In this document: positions 1 through 13,875 of the stretch, piece after piece
How positions within the stretch are numbered: the first letter of the stretch is position 1
How the letters are laid out: the number at the start of each line of letters is the position of its first letter
Assembly: GCF_009914755.1 (NCBI RefSeq)
Contig: NC_060929.1
Strand: one strand, 5' to 3'
Source of the DNA: the human T2T-CHM13v2.0 reference genome, Homo sapiens
DNA length: 64,000 nucleotides
Notes under the pieces: model-generated
The model's input: only the letters and a program-made list of their open reading frames with translations
Database searches by the model: none
What the model was told of the DNA's origin: nothing
Program-made: the position numbers and the translations under genes

Positions 1-490
1 TAAAAAAGAATGAAATTATGTTATTTGCAGCAACATGGATGAAACTGGAGGTAGTTATGTTAAGGGAAATAAACCAGGCACAGAAAGACAAATATCGCAT
101 ATTCTCACTCATACGTGAGAGCTAAGATAGTTGACCTCATAGAAGTAGAGAGTAGAATAGTGGTTACTAGAGACTGGGAAGGGAATGGGTAGAGGAGATA
201 GGAAGAGGTAGGTTAATGGATACAAAATTACAGCTTAGATAGGACTAAGTTCTAGTGTTCTATAGCACTGTAGGATGACTGTAGTAAACAATAATTTATT
301 GTATTTTTTCAAATAGCTAGAAGAGAGGATTTTGAATGTTCCTAACACAAAGAAGTGATCAAGGTTTGAGGTGATGGATATGCTAATTACCCTAATTTGA
401 TCATTATACATTATATGCAGGTATCAAAATATCATTTTGTACCCTATAAGTATGTACAATTATTATGTGTCCATTAAAAATATTATTTTA
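1..490 (+). mobile_element. L1MA-type LINE-1 3' end (ORF2 end and 3'UTR), truncated by the window edge
   Basis: Typical L1M 3' motifs: AAAAAGAATGAAATTATGTTATTTGCAGCAACATGGATGAAACTGGAG, GGTGATGGATATGCTAATTACCC, ending in TATGTGTCCATTAAAAA. Subfamily assigned by eye. Confidence 0.8.
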
Positions 491-499
491 AAAGATACA

Positions 500-1410
500 T
501 GTTTTGCAAATATATTCTCCCAGTTCATGGCTTGTCCCTTAAACAACCGAAGTTTTCAATTGTGATGAATTCCAACTTATTCATATTTTATTGCAGTTTG
601 TGTCCTCTTTAAGAAACCTTTGCCTAAACCAAAGTCACTAAGATTTTCTCACATACTTTCTTCTACAAATTTTATAGTTTTGGCTCTTACACTTAGGTCT
701 ATGATCTATTTCAAGTTTATATCATGTAGGGTGTGAGGAAGTGTGAGGTGTATTTTTTTGACATATGAATATCTAATTGTTTGGACACTATTTGTTGAAA
801 AGTTATCCTTTACCTATTGAATTTTCTTAGTGCCTTTGTTCAAAAACAACTGAATGCATATAGTTATGAGCTGTCCACTCCATTGATCACATATCTGTCC
901 TTACCTTAGGGCCACTCTCTGTTGGTCACTGTATCCCAGGAGTGCCTTGAAATTAGGACATGTAAGTCCTCCAACTTTGCCCCTCTTTTGAAAAAGAATT
1001 ATTTTGGCATTTTTCCAGGTCTGTTGAATATCAGTTTCTATAAAGAGTAACTTGAGTTGATAGATCAATTTTGAGAGGACTCACATTTTAACAATATTGA
1101 GTCTTCTGACCAATAAACATGACGTATCTCTCCATTTATTTAGATCTTTGATTTCTGTAGCAGTGTTTTGTAGTTTTCAGTGTATAGGTCTTACACATTT
1201 TGTTAAATGTATCTCGACTATTTGATATTTTTGACACCATGGAAATCAGTATTTTAACATCAGTTTTCGATGTTTCATTGATAGTATTTAGAAATAAAAT
1301 TGATTTTTGTATATTGACCTTATATCTTTTGACGTTGCTAAACTCATCAGCTCTACTAGCTTTTTTGTAGATTCCTTAGCATTTGTTTTATAGATAATCA
1401 TGTCATGGGC
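500..1410 (-). mobile_element. Old L1M ORF2 fragment, antisense
   Basis: Reverse-strand L1 ORF2 motifs (TTTGCAAATATATTCTCCCAGT, TTTAACAATATTGAGTCTTC, TTTTTGTAGATTCCTTAG). Boundaries approximate. Confidence 0.7.
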
Positions 1411-1899
1411 AGATATTATTTTGATCCCCATTCTACCATCAAATAATGGAGACCTGGAAAGACAAGGGGACCTGCCTAAGGTCCTGCTCTTCATAAATGC
1501 ACAGCCAGGAAACTGAAGCCTGTGTCTTTTGGGTCCTCCTTCAAGGACCTCTCCACACCCTAACCTAAGCTAAGCTGTTCCTCAGTCTTTCAAGCCTGAA
1601 GAGAAGAATCTTATATTGGTTACGATTATATTTGAATGGTTCAAACAAGATAGTGTATTTTTCTCTCACTTCAAAGTCTGAAGGTTTGAAGTCCAGGACT
1701 AGTATCATAGTTCTGCCCCCTGAAGTCCTCAAGAACCTGTACTCCCTTCTGATGGCTTCAGCCATCCCTAGGGCATGGAGGCACCTCATGGTCCATCATG
1801 GTGGCCTTTGCATTCTAGGCAGCAAGATAGAGGAAGGGATAAACAAGAAAGGCAAAAGTGCACATTAGTAGTTTTTTCTGGTAAGTTCCATGAGGCTGG

Positions 1900-2279
1900 C
1901 TCGTAACCTGTTTTGTGCTATAATAACAGATGCCAGAAACTGGATAATGTATAAAGAAAAGAAGTGTATTTGGTCACAGTTCCTGAGGCTGGGAAGTCCG
2001 AGATCAAGGGTAGCATCAGGTGAGGGCTTTCTTGCTGCGATATAAGGTGGTAGAAAGCATCACATGGGTGAGAGAGATGGTTGGGACCAAATTCATCCTT
2101 TATAAGGATGCTGCTCTCACAGTAATTAACCCACTCTCTCCATAACAGCATTAATCCATTCGTCAGGGCAGAGCTCTCATGAGCTAATCACATCTTAAAG
2201 GTTCCACCTCCCAATACTGTTGCACTGGGGATTCAGTTTCCAACACACAAACTTTGGGGATCATGCTCAAACCATAGCA
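1900..2279 (-). mobile_element. MaLR LTR (MST/MLT1A-like)
   Basis: CACAGTTCCTGAGGCTGGGAAGTCCGAGATCAAGG, CATTAATCCATTC, TTAAAGGTTCCACCTCCCAATAC, ending TCAAACCATAGCA. Confidence 0.7.
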
Positions 2280-3084
2280 GGCTACCATGCAGCTCCTCCA
2301 CTCGCCTCTCATTGACAGAACCCAATCAAGCCACATCTAGCTACAAGGATGTCAGGAAAATATCATCTTTATTCTGAGCAATCATATTCCCGGCTAAAAT
2401 TCTTATTACTGTGGAAGAAAAGAACAGCTCCTAGGGGATATACAGCAATTTCTGCCACAAGCCTTAGTTAGGAATCCAGAAAGGAAACCATTTGAAAATG
2501 AAAGAAGGAAGAAGGTGGAAGAGTTCAAAGCCTGTTGCATCTTTTTAAAAATTATTTTAGGATCAGGTGAGCCAGCTCTCTTTTGAGCTTTGTAGCCCAT
2601 TAAGTTGACCTGAAGCCATTTAGTCATAGGATAAAGTCAATCCTCAGAACCCTTTTATGGTATTAAATCTTTGGACTATATTAGACATGTCTAATCCTTG
2701 AGTGACCTTTCCTTCATCTGGAAAAGATAAAAGATGTCTCCACTCATTCATTCATTATTCATTCATTCAACAGAAATTGATGTCTTCTCATAGAGCTCAC
2801 AATTTGGGGAGAGATAGACAATATTCAAATGATCATCCAAATGAATGTGAAGTCACAAAGGAGCAGTGAGGATGCTGTAAGGTCCCATATCAGGGGCAGT
2901 GATCTAGCCAGAGGGGTTAGGGAAGCTTGCCTGAGGGTTTAGATGATTCCTGTGGGAGCATCTGCATTCATAGCAGTTTGCTGTGGTCTGGGAAGACTGT
3001 CCTTTGTGCTCTCTTGTGGTTGCACCTCACACATCCTGCCTGGGACACCATATATCTAAGAAATCGTTATATAAGAACAAGAGA

Positions 3085-3198
3085 GGCTGGGCATGATGGC
3101 TCACGCCTGTAATCTCAGCACTTTGGGAGTCCCAGGTGGGACGATCACCTAAGGCCAGGAGGTTGAGACCAACCTGGGCAACATAATAAGACCTCGTC

Positions 3199-3231
<33 letters not shown>

Positions 3232-3402
3232 AGGTGTGGTGGTGCATGTACCTGTAGTCTTAGTTTCTTGGGAGGCTGAGGCAGGAGGATTGCTTGAGCC
3301 CAGGAGGTCAAGGCTGGAGCTGCAGTGAGCTATCATCATGCTACTGCAAGCCAGCCTGGGCAGCAGAGCAAGATCCTATCTCTTAAAAAAAATAAATAAA
3401 TA
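3085..3402 (+). mobile_element. Alu (AluJ-like) with expanded central A-tract
   Basis: GGCTGGGCATGATGGCTCACGCCTGTAATC start, GGATTGCTTGAGCCCAGGAGGTCAAGGCTG right arm, A-rich tail, flanking AA(G/A)AACAAGA target-site duplication (TSD). Confidence 0.92.
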
Positions 3403-5559
3403 AAAACAAGAATACCAGAGTGACAGAGTGAGAGTGAGGTGGGATAGGTAAGGGGCTGGGTGCTGCCCAGGAGATTCAGAGCCTTTTGTGGCCTCCACCC
3501 TAAGAGAAACAAAGAAGAAGAGTTCAGAGAGTTCTCAGTTTCCAAGATGGGAGATGGAGGAGGCCAACATCATTGTCCAGGCAGAGACTTTCCTCCTGGG
3601 CCAGGAAGGAGTCCAAAGAGGAGGGGACTACCATCAGTCACATGTTGCTTCCCCATGCCCCTACCCCTCTCCCCCTCTTGGGGGACCTTTGCAAGCAGTG
3701 AGCAGCCAGCCAGCCCAAAGAGCCAAGATTGTGGAAATCAACCAGTGGGTCATTGTCTACCAGGTGTACTTGGAAATTCACTCTTCCAGCTTAAGGCACC
3801 TGTGGCAGATGGGTCCTGTCCCCTGACCAATGCCAGCTGATGGGTAAGCGCTGCTTGGAGCACAGTGTTGAGAAAGATTCTCAAAGTCTGGGATCCACAA
3901 GGAAGGATATTACAATAGGTTGGTGATGTCTGCTTTTACCCTGGTGCAACTGAGAGGAAGGAATGGGACATAAATATAAAAATGCTTTGTAAATTATAAA
4001 ATACTACCAAATAGTAACTAATAATGGTAGCTAGCATTGCTAGTGCTTTCTAGATACCAAACACTGCTAAGAGCTATACTTGCTGCATCTCATTTAATCC
4101 TCATAATAACCTTTATGCTAGGTACTATTAATTTCCCCCATTTTACAGTTGGGAAACCAAGGCTTGTGAAAATAGCGTAACTTGCCCAAGATCACAGAGC
4201 TAATAAACAGAACTGTGGCACAAGCCTAGGCATTTCTGATGCCAAAGCAGATGGTCTTCTTCACTTTGGTCTGCTGTCTTCAGAATGTAGGGGATTATGA
4301 TTATAATTATTACTATTATTAGAGCAAGTACTTTATTACTGCGTGGCTCAACCCTACTTACCCAGCTAGGAGATTAATAGGATGTGTTTGCAGTCATTTT
4401 TTAGTCTCTCTCTGAAAAGTAGGAACTTGCCTTCTGATGAGCTTTCCAGTTCCTTTTTTTCTTTTTACCCATCCACAGCTGCTGTGCAGAGCAATATTGC
4501 AGCCCTTGCTCCTGCCCAGCCCGTCAAGCCTCTAAGAAGAGCACTTTCTAGGGGCTTTCCTGTGATTGATCACACATCAGCTAGACTGAGATTTTCAAAA
4601 CCTCTTGTGAATTGCCCTCTTGGTACAGAAGTATGATTCATCTCAGCACGTTTTCCATATTTGAGGGCTATGTTCCTGCAGCCTTTCTAGATACTGAGTT
4701 TGGGAAGGAATGGGCAGGTACATGTGGTAGGTGCTATTAGCTGTGATGATTACACTCATGTGGTGGTTGGCAGTTTGCAAAACGCTTTCATATCGATTTT
4801 CTCTCCAAGCCTCAGTTTTGTCATCTACAAAGTGGATATAATGACGATAATAATATAGTCAAGTCTAATCTCATGAAAGAGTTAGGCTATAATAAACCCA
4901 CCACTTAAGGTGAAAATAACACAAAATCAGAATCACCCTTGACAATCGCTCATGGAATATGAAGACACACCACCTCTCAAAAGTCCAGTGTGGGCAGTTT
5001 TAAATCCAGCTTGAACACCAGTGATAACTGTTTCTTTGGTTGAAGTAATCACAGTGCCTTCTGAGGTAATGAAAATACTTATCTTTCTAGAGTAGGCTCC
5101 CCCAGCACAGAGCGCTCACACTTCCAGGGGCCAGAGAGAACTGGGGCCTCCAGGGACACTGTGAGGGCAAAGGCACACTCTGCATGAGCACGGGAGGCTC
5201 ACCACCACCCTTGTAGGATTTCTCTCTTCTTTCTTGGCTATGTGTCACTGAATTCTTGAAGGTGAAATAGACATAAAATCCTATCTCATTAGGTCTGATC
5301 TCCTGACTTGCTTTCTATGGACAGTATTGAAACTTAAAAGTAACATGTGATGACACAGACACCAGGCTAGGTGAGGGGAGAGCTGGGCTCAGGTCCCAGG
5401 TGGGTTTCACCTGCATCTGTGGGACTATTGATATCCAGATCTTACAGATGAACTTCTCACCTGACTGTCCAAGTTCTCAGGCTCTATTTCTTGACTCAAA
5501 CCCACAGGACCCTAGTAACCCTATTTTTAAAAAAAATCTGTGTGTGCCCACCCCTACTT

Positions 5560-6230
5560 CTGCCTTCCCAGCATAAGCTAACATCATCTCTGCCTGCACC
5601 ACTGTGATAGCCTCCTTCCCAGCCTCCACCCCTCCTCTTGGCCTCCTAATCCCTTTTCCACTTGGCTACAAGAGAGCTTTCCAAATGCAACCTGATCTTA
5701 TCACCTCCTTATAGAAAACACTTGTATTTCTAAATGCTCCTGGAGGAAAGACAGAATCCTCACCCCTGTCCACCTCTCATTCCTACCAGACTTTCCCTGC
5801 TTCTCTGTGCACCACACACACTGCTCTTCCAGGCCCTCCTATGATTCATGTTTGCTCAGCCACAGAATCTTTGCATATCTTTACTTTTCCCTCTGTCTGG
5901 AATGCTGTGTACTCCTCTTTCTACTGAGTTAACCTGTAATCCAATTTTCTCAAGAAAACCTTGCAGGCTGGATCAGATCCCCCCAGTCTGATCTGAAAGA
6001 AAGGGACTATCTTTGTACCATGTACCCCTCTTTTATGGCCTGCCACTGTAGCTTTTTTAATTTACCTGTAGTTTCGGATGAAAGTCTACATTTCCCCACC
6101 ACCACACATACTTCTATAAGCTCTATGAGAGTAGGACCCCGTCCGTCTTCCTCACCAGTATATCCTCAGCACCTAGCACAAGGCTTGATTTGTGCTTGTG
6201 TTCATCATACACTTAAGTTGATGGACAGAT
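5560..6230 (+). mobile_element. L2 3' region fragment
   Basis: L2-like motifs (CTTCTATAAGCTCTATGAGAGTAGG, CCTCAGCACCTAGCACA) followed by a GATG/GACA-type tail repeat. Boundaries approximate. Confidence 0.55.
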
Positions 6231-7099
6231 GGACAGACAGACAGATGGACAGATGGATTGATAGGTAAGAGACTCAGATGAACATTATCAAATTATTGAT
6301 CAGAGTCGATTTGTTTTTTTTTTTTTCCCAGTGATAAAACATTTGGGCACTTATCCTGAAGAAAGTGTTGAAATTGTTCTTTTAGAATGGAAGGGAAAAG
6401 CTACTGAAGGTTCTATTTGCCCTTTAGATAACAGACATTCCAAAGTATCTTGGCTTTTTTTTCTCCCTGCTGTTTAAAAAATCTTTTAATGAGCTTTCAT
6501 GCCTTACGTAGCAAATGACCTTTTCTAGAGCCACCTACACCAAACAAAGGAATTGGAGGGTTGATATGGTTCTGCCCTTGGAAACACAGGATCAGCCCTT
6601 TGAAACAATGGCTCCTATCTGTGAGTGACCTTCCCCTCTTAGAGAAGGGCCAGATTTCAGATTTCAGCATCCTGGTGTTGAGACAATGGAGTTACTGGAG
6701 TGGGGACAACAGACACAGCCCCATTGCTGATTGGAACAGCAGGACTTGCCTGACGTGGGCCCAGCAGACGTAGACTCGTGGTTGCTGGGTTGTAATGCCT
6801 CCTTCCATTCATAAATAGTGCCATTCAGGTTTGATTGTTTTCTCATACAGCTTGGTCCTGGTTATAGTGAAAGTTAAGTTTTCTCAAAACAGCAGCCTAC
6901 TGAATAGGTGCTAGGGTTAGGTCAGCCTCACTTAAGTCTGACTGTGGGGTACCAGAATGAATGATCCTCAGCCTATGAAAAGGGGACATTTTCTCTGAAT
7001 GAAAACAAAATCATCTTTCTCCTTGCATTTCTCATGGGAGGAGGAGGATTCTGAGATTAATTGAAAGTGGAAAGGTAGTAACGTATTTTATTCTTGGAG

Positions 7100-7665
7100 T
7101 TCTACTTCAGCCTGTTCCTTGCTCAAAGGCTTACTGTGGCTGCCCACCTGCCAAGTAGCTCAAATGTAAGGCCCTCCAATTCTGGTCCAGACTTCCTTCC
7201 TGGTCTTATTGCTCGTGACTCACTTTTGCATCCTGCTCACTCCAGCCAAATCAGGCTCCTTGCCCTTAAGTAAATATGCCCTTCACTTTCTAACTCGCAT
7301 TCTTTCCACATACTTTCCCTCTAGCTGGATTCCACCCCCAACCCCCACCCCTCAACTGCTACCAGTTAAAATCCTACCCCTTCTCTCAGGTTCCTGTCAA
7401 AGACTCTGCTTCTGCAGGAATTCTTCCCCGATCGTCCCAGGTAGAATTTAATTTTTGGCTTTTGTAAATATCTATCGAATTTATCTGTACAGCTTTCAAG
7501 GCACTATGTTATAGGCTTGTATGTGTGTATGTGTGTTTTCCTTCCTTATATACTTGTCTCATAGCTGTTTGTGGAGGCCATGGACTACCTTGTTCATCTT
7601 TGTCTCTCCCAGAGGTCTTTGGCCATAGTAGGCCCTCAATAATCATTGTTTGGATGAATGAATTA
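7100..7665 (+). mobile_element. L2 3' region fragment
   Basis: Ends in the L2 terminus TAGTAGGCCCTCAATAATCATTGTTTGGATGAATGAAT. Confidence 0.5.
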
Positions 7666-7815
7666 ATAAAAACAATCCAGCTTATGTCCTCAAAACTCAT
7701 GAAGAAAGTACATTTATCTAATTGTCCAAACTCCCTTGTTTAAACTTTATATGCTTTGAGCTAAATTAAGCCCTACCTGGTCCTCTTTGAAGGTAATCTT
7801 GAAGAAATTGCTTTG

Positions 7816-7816
<1 letters not shown>

Positions 7817-7854
<38 letters not shown>

Positions 7855-7868
7855 TGTGCATGTGTGTG

Positions 7869-7905
<37 letters not shown>
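7817..7905. repeat. Compound microsatellite (TG)n(AG)n-(TGCA)-(TG)n(AG)n
   Basis: Directly visible. Confidence 0.95.
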
Positions 7906-7906
<1 letters not shown>

Positions 7907-8334
7907 GTTTATTAATCTACTTGGTAGATAAACAGATGTTTGAAATGATATAGTTATTTAAACCTCAAAGCAAAATCATTTCATTGCCTTTGTAGGGTTC
8001 TTTGAGAGGAAGGTGGAGGGGAGCCATCCTAAAATTTGCAGCAGAGCCTGGTCTCTAACACAGCCTCAGACTGTGGATGAAGCAGATGACCTGCTCAGCT
8101 TTCCTTCCAACATTGCTGTTTGAGCGCATACAGCCCTTTCCTTGTTTTGAAGACACTAGCCAGCTCAGCCAGAGATGCTCTTTGCCAAGTCTGCAGTCTT
8201 GGGATTAGAGTATGCACTTTAACAAATCTTCCTTCTTGAGCAGAATGTAGTTGGCTTGCTTCACCACCATTCTTTCCTACCTCCAAAGGCTGCCAGGCCT
8301 GCTAAATAGTGATTAAACAAAGATTAAAATTCCA

Positions 8335-8336
<2 letters not shown>

Positions 8337-8378
<42 letters not shown>
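8337..8378. repeat. (TG)n microsatellite, about 21 units
   Basis: Directly visible. Confidence 0.95.
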
Positions 8379-8382
<4 letters not shown>

Positions 8383-9577
8383 AACACTAATCGATTCTTT
8401 TAGTGGAATGTTAAGTAAAAGCATGCAGATACCAGAAGCAGTTATTTAGAGCAGCCAGTCAAAATCCATTGCCAATTTATTATTTAATGTGATTTCCACA
8501 TTGATTCTGCCAGTCTCCTCCACACACTCTCCCTCACTTCTTGCCATGTTCCTTCCTAACCCCTTTGCTTCCTGTAGCAGAAGGACATCTGGAAACCAAG
8601 AGAAAGCAAAGTAGCAAAAGATGGTTGTTGAAGGAAAATAATTACAGCTTTTGTAGACAAATCTTTGAGCTTACAGAATTAAAGAAACTTAAAATTACCT
8701 CTGGATTGAAAAATCCAGACGTGATCTTTTACATAATATTAAGTGATTGCTATTGCATAATTGCTGTCTTTTGAGAAGCAATGTTCCTGCCTTTTCTGTT
8801 GTTAATGGTCTTGTGGCATTTGTTTCTATTGTAGAATGCCACTATTAACTAAGACTTTTTTCTTTCCTTGAAGAACACTGTGTTTCGATGTGGGCATATG
8901 ACATCCTGTTAATGAGGAAATTCTAAATCCTGTTATCAGCAAGAGCCAGTTGAATTGAATCAGGTGGTAGATAGGTTGCCTCTGCAGGACCCACAGTTTT
9001 CCTTATTAGTTTCCTGTTCGCTCTCCTATTCCTCCAAACATGGTTATCACAAACACTGGAACATACCGTGTTTTCATAAACTTTCCCTAAAAATAATGTA
9101 TTCATAGTTGCTCACCTTTACTAGGAGAGGACCTAACTTTGTCCCAGACACTGGGACACTTTGTCCCGGATTAGCTCAGTTAATCCTCCCAACAGATACT
9201 CTTATTCTGTTAGTTTTCTCTATTTATCAGTCAGGGAAATTGGGCTCCACCTGCCCAGGAAGTAAAACCTAGGTTTTCCTAACTCTGGAACCAGAATGTT
9301 CCAAGTCATTAAACTAGACTACCTTTCCCATTGATGAGCATTCATTCATTCATTCAGCTGGTATTTTTCAAGGGCCTAAGATTAGTCAGGTATTGGCCTA
9401 GGAAAGTGCAGTGGTGTAATGCCCCTGCCTTCAAGAAGCTTACAGTCTATTCCAGGGAGAGAACTGCAAGCTCTGGTTTGGTCCTTGGGGCTGACAAGCT
9501 GTAGGATTTAGGGCAAGTCCATTCTACTCTCTTAGCCTCAGATTTCGTATCTGTAAAATGAGGCAGCTAGATTTAGA

Positions 9578-9760
9578 CCAAAGGTCTTCCAACTTTATTG
9601 TGAATTAGAATCACATGGAGAATGTGTTTTCTAAAAAAGGTATCTTCCTGGGCTCCTATCTGTAGACATTTTTACTTAGTAGGTTCAGGGTGTGAGTCCA
9701 GGAATTTGCATCTATAATAAGGGCCCAGGTTCTCCAAGAACCACCTTTTGAAAGAGACTG
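9578..9760. mobile_element. MER5-type hAT-Charlie element
   Basis: TTAGAATCACATGGAGA and CCAGGAATTTGCATCT motifs with degenerate terminal inverted repeats. Confidence 0.55.
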
Positions 9761-10027
9761 ATCTTTCTGTAAACCTCATTAGGCCTACACAGTATCTGTG
9801 CTGTCAAACCTGAATCCCTGGTGCCTGACACACTGCTTTGTACAGAGTAGGTGTCAGTAAACATTTGGTGATAGTTTAGATGATCTGGGGTTTCTTAATC
9901 TGCACTATCTCTAGAAATTCCATGGATTGTCCTCAGAGGCTCCTAAACCACCTGAAATTGACCACAATTTCCATTAAGGTTTTTGGATAGGATTCTTAGG
10001 GCCCTTCGGGCTCCATGTACTCTGTAA

Positions 10028-10345
10028 TTTTTTTTTTTTTTTTGAGACGGAGTCTCACTCTGTTGCCCAGGCTGGAGTGCAGTTGCACAATCGCGGCTCA
10101 CCACAACCTCTGCTTCCTGAGTTCAAGTGATTCTACTGCCTCAGCCTCCCAAATAGCTGGGATTATAGGTGTGTGCCATGACACTCAGCTAATTTTTTTT
10201 TTTTTTTTTTTTTTTTTTTTGTATTTTTAGTAGAGACACGGTTTCACCATGTTGGCCAGGCTGGTCTCAAACTGACCTCAAGTGATCCGCCCACCTCAGC
10301 CTTCCAAAGTATTGGGATTACAGGCGTAAGCCACCACACCTGACC
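10028..10345 (-). mobile_element. Alu (AluS-like), antisense
   Basis: Poly-T, then GAGACGGAGTCTCACTCTGTTGCCCAGGCTGG...; TSD ACTCT(G/A)TAATTT at 10019 and 10347. Confidence 0.95.
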
Positions 10346-11267
10346 AACTCTATAATTTTAAGACTGAAACTAGTTTTCCACCCTACTGAAGGCCCAGACC
10401 TATAACTGGGATACTTTTTAACCTATACAATAAAATTTGAGTTTTATATCTACATGATTTGGTGAGATGTCAATTTACAGTAGATTCTTAAAATCCTAAA
10501 GGAGTCAGTGTCCTCAATCCATGTGTAAATTAGGAGAGCGCTCAGGCTATACTGTTTGTGATTGTCTCCGTTCATCTGAAAGTACCTTTGGGCAGGTAGT
10601 GCTGTCTCCATTTTCCAGGTGGGAAAATTGAGGTACCTGTGACTCCTGTAGCTCATGCAAGGTCACACTCAAGGGTTCTTTCCCACTAAAAACTAACCTG
10701 GGAGTCAAAGGACATGGTTTTTATCCTCTTGCCTGCTGTGAGGCCTTGGTTGGGTAGCTTGGCTTGTTTGGACTTCAGTTCCTTTATCTGTAAGATGAGC
10801 GGAGGTGTACTAATTGTCTCTGAGCAGCTATTTAGCTCAGATGGCTGAGGACTCTAGCAGCTGCGTGCTTAGACATGTAGAACTCCCTGTGTCAGCAGGC
10901 TCCAAAGTCCTCCTGGTTTAGGGAAGGTATAAGGACCAATGAGACCTAAAACAGCATAGTTCATCTCTGCAGACCCTGGGAGGGAGGGATAGAGGGAGCA
11001 GTGTGCATCATAAGGCAAAGGCAGTGGAGTTAGGTATGAAACTCCCAGGATTTTGGAGCCTTAATTCTCAATGCCATCAGTTCAGCAATCCAGTGTTTCA
11101 TTTTGAGAACATGATTCTAGGGGTTTACTTCTGTGAGGTCAAAACAGTGAGATTTATCCCTGTACCCCATTCCCAGTAGCACTGGAAGACTTTCACAAGC
11201 TTGTAGAGGAAATAGTATCCTTCATGGAATCTTAGACTCTTGAAGGGCCCTTTAAAGGTTGCCTAAC

Positions 11268-11432
11268 CCTTGCTACTCAAAGTGTCTTTTTTGGCCCAGC
11301 AGCGTCAGCATCACCTGGGTTCTTGTTAGAAATGCAGAATCTCAGGCCCCGCTCTAGACCTACTGTGCCAGAATCAGCATTAACAAGATCCATGCATGAT
11401 TCTCCTGCACATTAAAATTTGAGAAGCACTAG
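11268..11432. mobile_element. MER5A-type hAT-Charlie element
   Basis: GCTACTCAAAGTGT...CAGCATCACCTGGG...GTTAGAAATGCAGAATCTCAGGCCCC...TTTGAGAAGCACTAG. Confidence 0.75.
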
Positions 11433-11754
11433 TCCCAGCCCTGCACTTGATTCTTCTCCTTCACATCCTGATGAACACTCAATCTTTCTATTCCTGGCCA
11501 CTTCTAATATCTTCTTCCAAATGGTTTTATTTCATCCTAGCAGCGACCCAACTTTTGGAATTTCTTCTCTGTCTGAGGCCCCTCAATCATTCAGTAACAT
11601 CTACCATTGGCCCTTAGTGTAGCCTTAGGACTTCATGGAACAAAATAACTTCTCCCATGTCCTCCAGGGCTTCTTATCTCCTAGTCCTCATAGTTTCTAA
11701 TCTTTCCCAACCAGGATACATTCCTGAATATCCCAGCATGTTTCAAGCTCACCA

Positions 11755-12070
11755 GGGCCAGGCAGGTAACAAAAATGAGATATGGGAGGCAGGTGAAATG
11801 CAATAAGGAATGGTAGGGACTGTGGCAAACTGGGGAGACGTGCCCCATCCACACAGCCCAGCTGATGAGCTGAGGGAAGTCAGCCCAGTACTGGCATGTC
11901 TTTTAGGTTTTCAAGAGAAGCCAAAAATCTTGATAAAACAATATGAAATCTCCCCATTTTCACACTAGAATTAAGAAAACCAAACCAAAACGAAAAGCAC
12001 CTTGAAAGCCACCAGGTTGTTTGCCAGTGACCACATTTGGCCCACGGGCCTCAGGGTTTTGCAGCCTTCT
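11755..12070. mobile_element. hAT-Charlie family element (MER102-like)
   Basis: AGGGCCAGGCAGGTAAC...TTTGGCCCACGGGCC...TTTGCAGCCT resembles MER102 ends; assigned from memory. Confidence 0.45.
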
Positions 12071-12141
12071 ATGATAATTATCTGCTCAACTTGATGTGAC
12101 AACACAGATCAGGTAGGATTATCATCTGCTTCATTGTAGAC

Positions 12142-12331
12142 CAGCAGTTCTCAAACCTCAGCGTGTATCAGAATCTCTTCGAGAGCTTGCTAAAACACGT
12201 ATTGCTGGGCCCCATCCCCAGAGCTTCTGCTTCTAGAGGTCTAGGGTAAGACCCTGGGAATTTGCATTTCTGGCAAGTTCCCAGGTGGCACCCATCCTGT
12301 CCTCTTCAGATACAACACTTTGAACACCATG
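12142..12331. mobile_element. MER5A hAT-Charlie element
   Basis: CAGCAGTTCTCAAACC...ATCAGAATC...GCTGGGCCCCATCCCCAGAG...GGAATTTGCATTTCT...CACTTTGAACACCATG. Confidence 0.75.
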
Positions 12332-13875
12332 GCTTTAGTTTTGTGCCTTCCATTAAAAGATCCTCAGTTTGCAGAGCCTCTAGTCCCACCAGGGCTGAAG
12401 TAATCAACCAAAGTTTCCAATCTGTGGGCAGCAGAAGAGGAAAAAGAGATTGGGAGGGAGGGCTGGAGAAAGGAGAGCTAACTAGCCCCTAACTGATCAA
12501 CCTTGACATCACAGAAGCAGAATATTACCTTGGGCAGGTTCCTGGCCTACCCCAAGGCTTGGTTTCTCTGTCTGTGGTATAGGGAAGTGGTCCTAGCTCA
12601 GCTTCCAGATATATTTGTTTGCTTGTGTAGGAAATTTGATATCTATTTATTTTTAGCAGAAGAGCTGTCTTCAAATGAAATCCCACATGGAACCCCAGTA
12701 CATAAAACAGATGTGTTGTTGCTCTGATTGAAGAGCAGGCAGAGCAAGCCCCTACTCTCTGCCTTCCTCTTCCCAAGGCAGTGCCGGGGTCCCCTCCTGT
12801 AGAACTGTATCCTGAACTGATTAGATGGTTCCATAAGGACCTTCCAGCTCAGCTTCTGTGATTTCTAAGAATGCTGAGAACTGTTGAAAGCATGCCGCCT
12901 TAGTTTTTGTAGTTTTTTTTTCCCCTCTCTAACCAAGACATCTAGCACACCAACTTTCAGAATTATCTTCTTGCAATTCAGAGAGGTCTATAGGAGAAAG
13001 AATACAAAGGATTGTTATTATTACTAGAGCTGTTATAAAGATGTTGAGCCATTGTGGAAAACCTGCTAACACAGGGATCAGCCAGAGGCTTAATAAACAA
13101 GCGCAGGGACGATTTTATTCAGGGGGCTTCTTGTTAGCACTAATGTCCAGCACACCACACATCAGGGCCTTTGAAGTTAATTATATAGGAAATAGCACTA
13201 TTGGATTCTGCCTGCCACAGTGGCAAGAACAAGTCTGCAAGATTTGTAATGGGCAAGGTGTTTCAGAAAGTATTTACATGAACATGGAAGATATGTAAGT
13301 AGCTGTGTGGTGCAGCATTACCTGGGGAAGGCTCTGGGCCTGGAGGCCTTTGACTTGACTGTTGGCTTGAGAAAGTATCAGGTTCCTTCTGCTGACCCCA
13401 GTCACTGGAATGCAGCCTCCTTTAATTAGGGAAACTGCTTCCTAATGGGCGCATGAGGGTGGGCTCACCTCCCCAGGTAAATGATAAATGCTGCCAAAGC
13501 CCAGCCCCTGGGGGCTGCTCTCTTGGGGCTGATATATATATATATATTTTTTTTTTTCCTTTCAGCCATTCAATTGCTTCTTCATACATTCCATGCCCAT
13601 TTGCCACATGTTTATTCTCTTTGGGTCTGGGCCCTCAAGACCATACAGATGTCCAAGACCTGCCATCTGCTTTTGCTTGCGGCACTCCTTCTCCTTGGGC
13701 CACACACAGCTTTGCCGTTCTTTACCCAAACATCACAAGTCAGTGCCCAGGATGTTTGTCTTGCCTGCCTCTCCTGTCGACCTGTCTGAGGCCCAGCCCA
13801 AATGCACTCAGGTCCATGAAACATTCTCCATTTCTCCCCAGTGGAACTGAACTCATGTAGTGCATTCTCTGAGCC

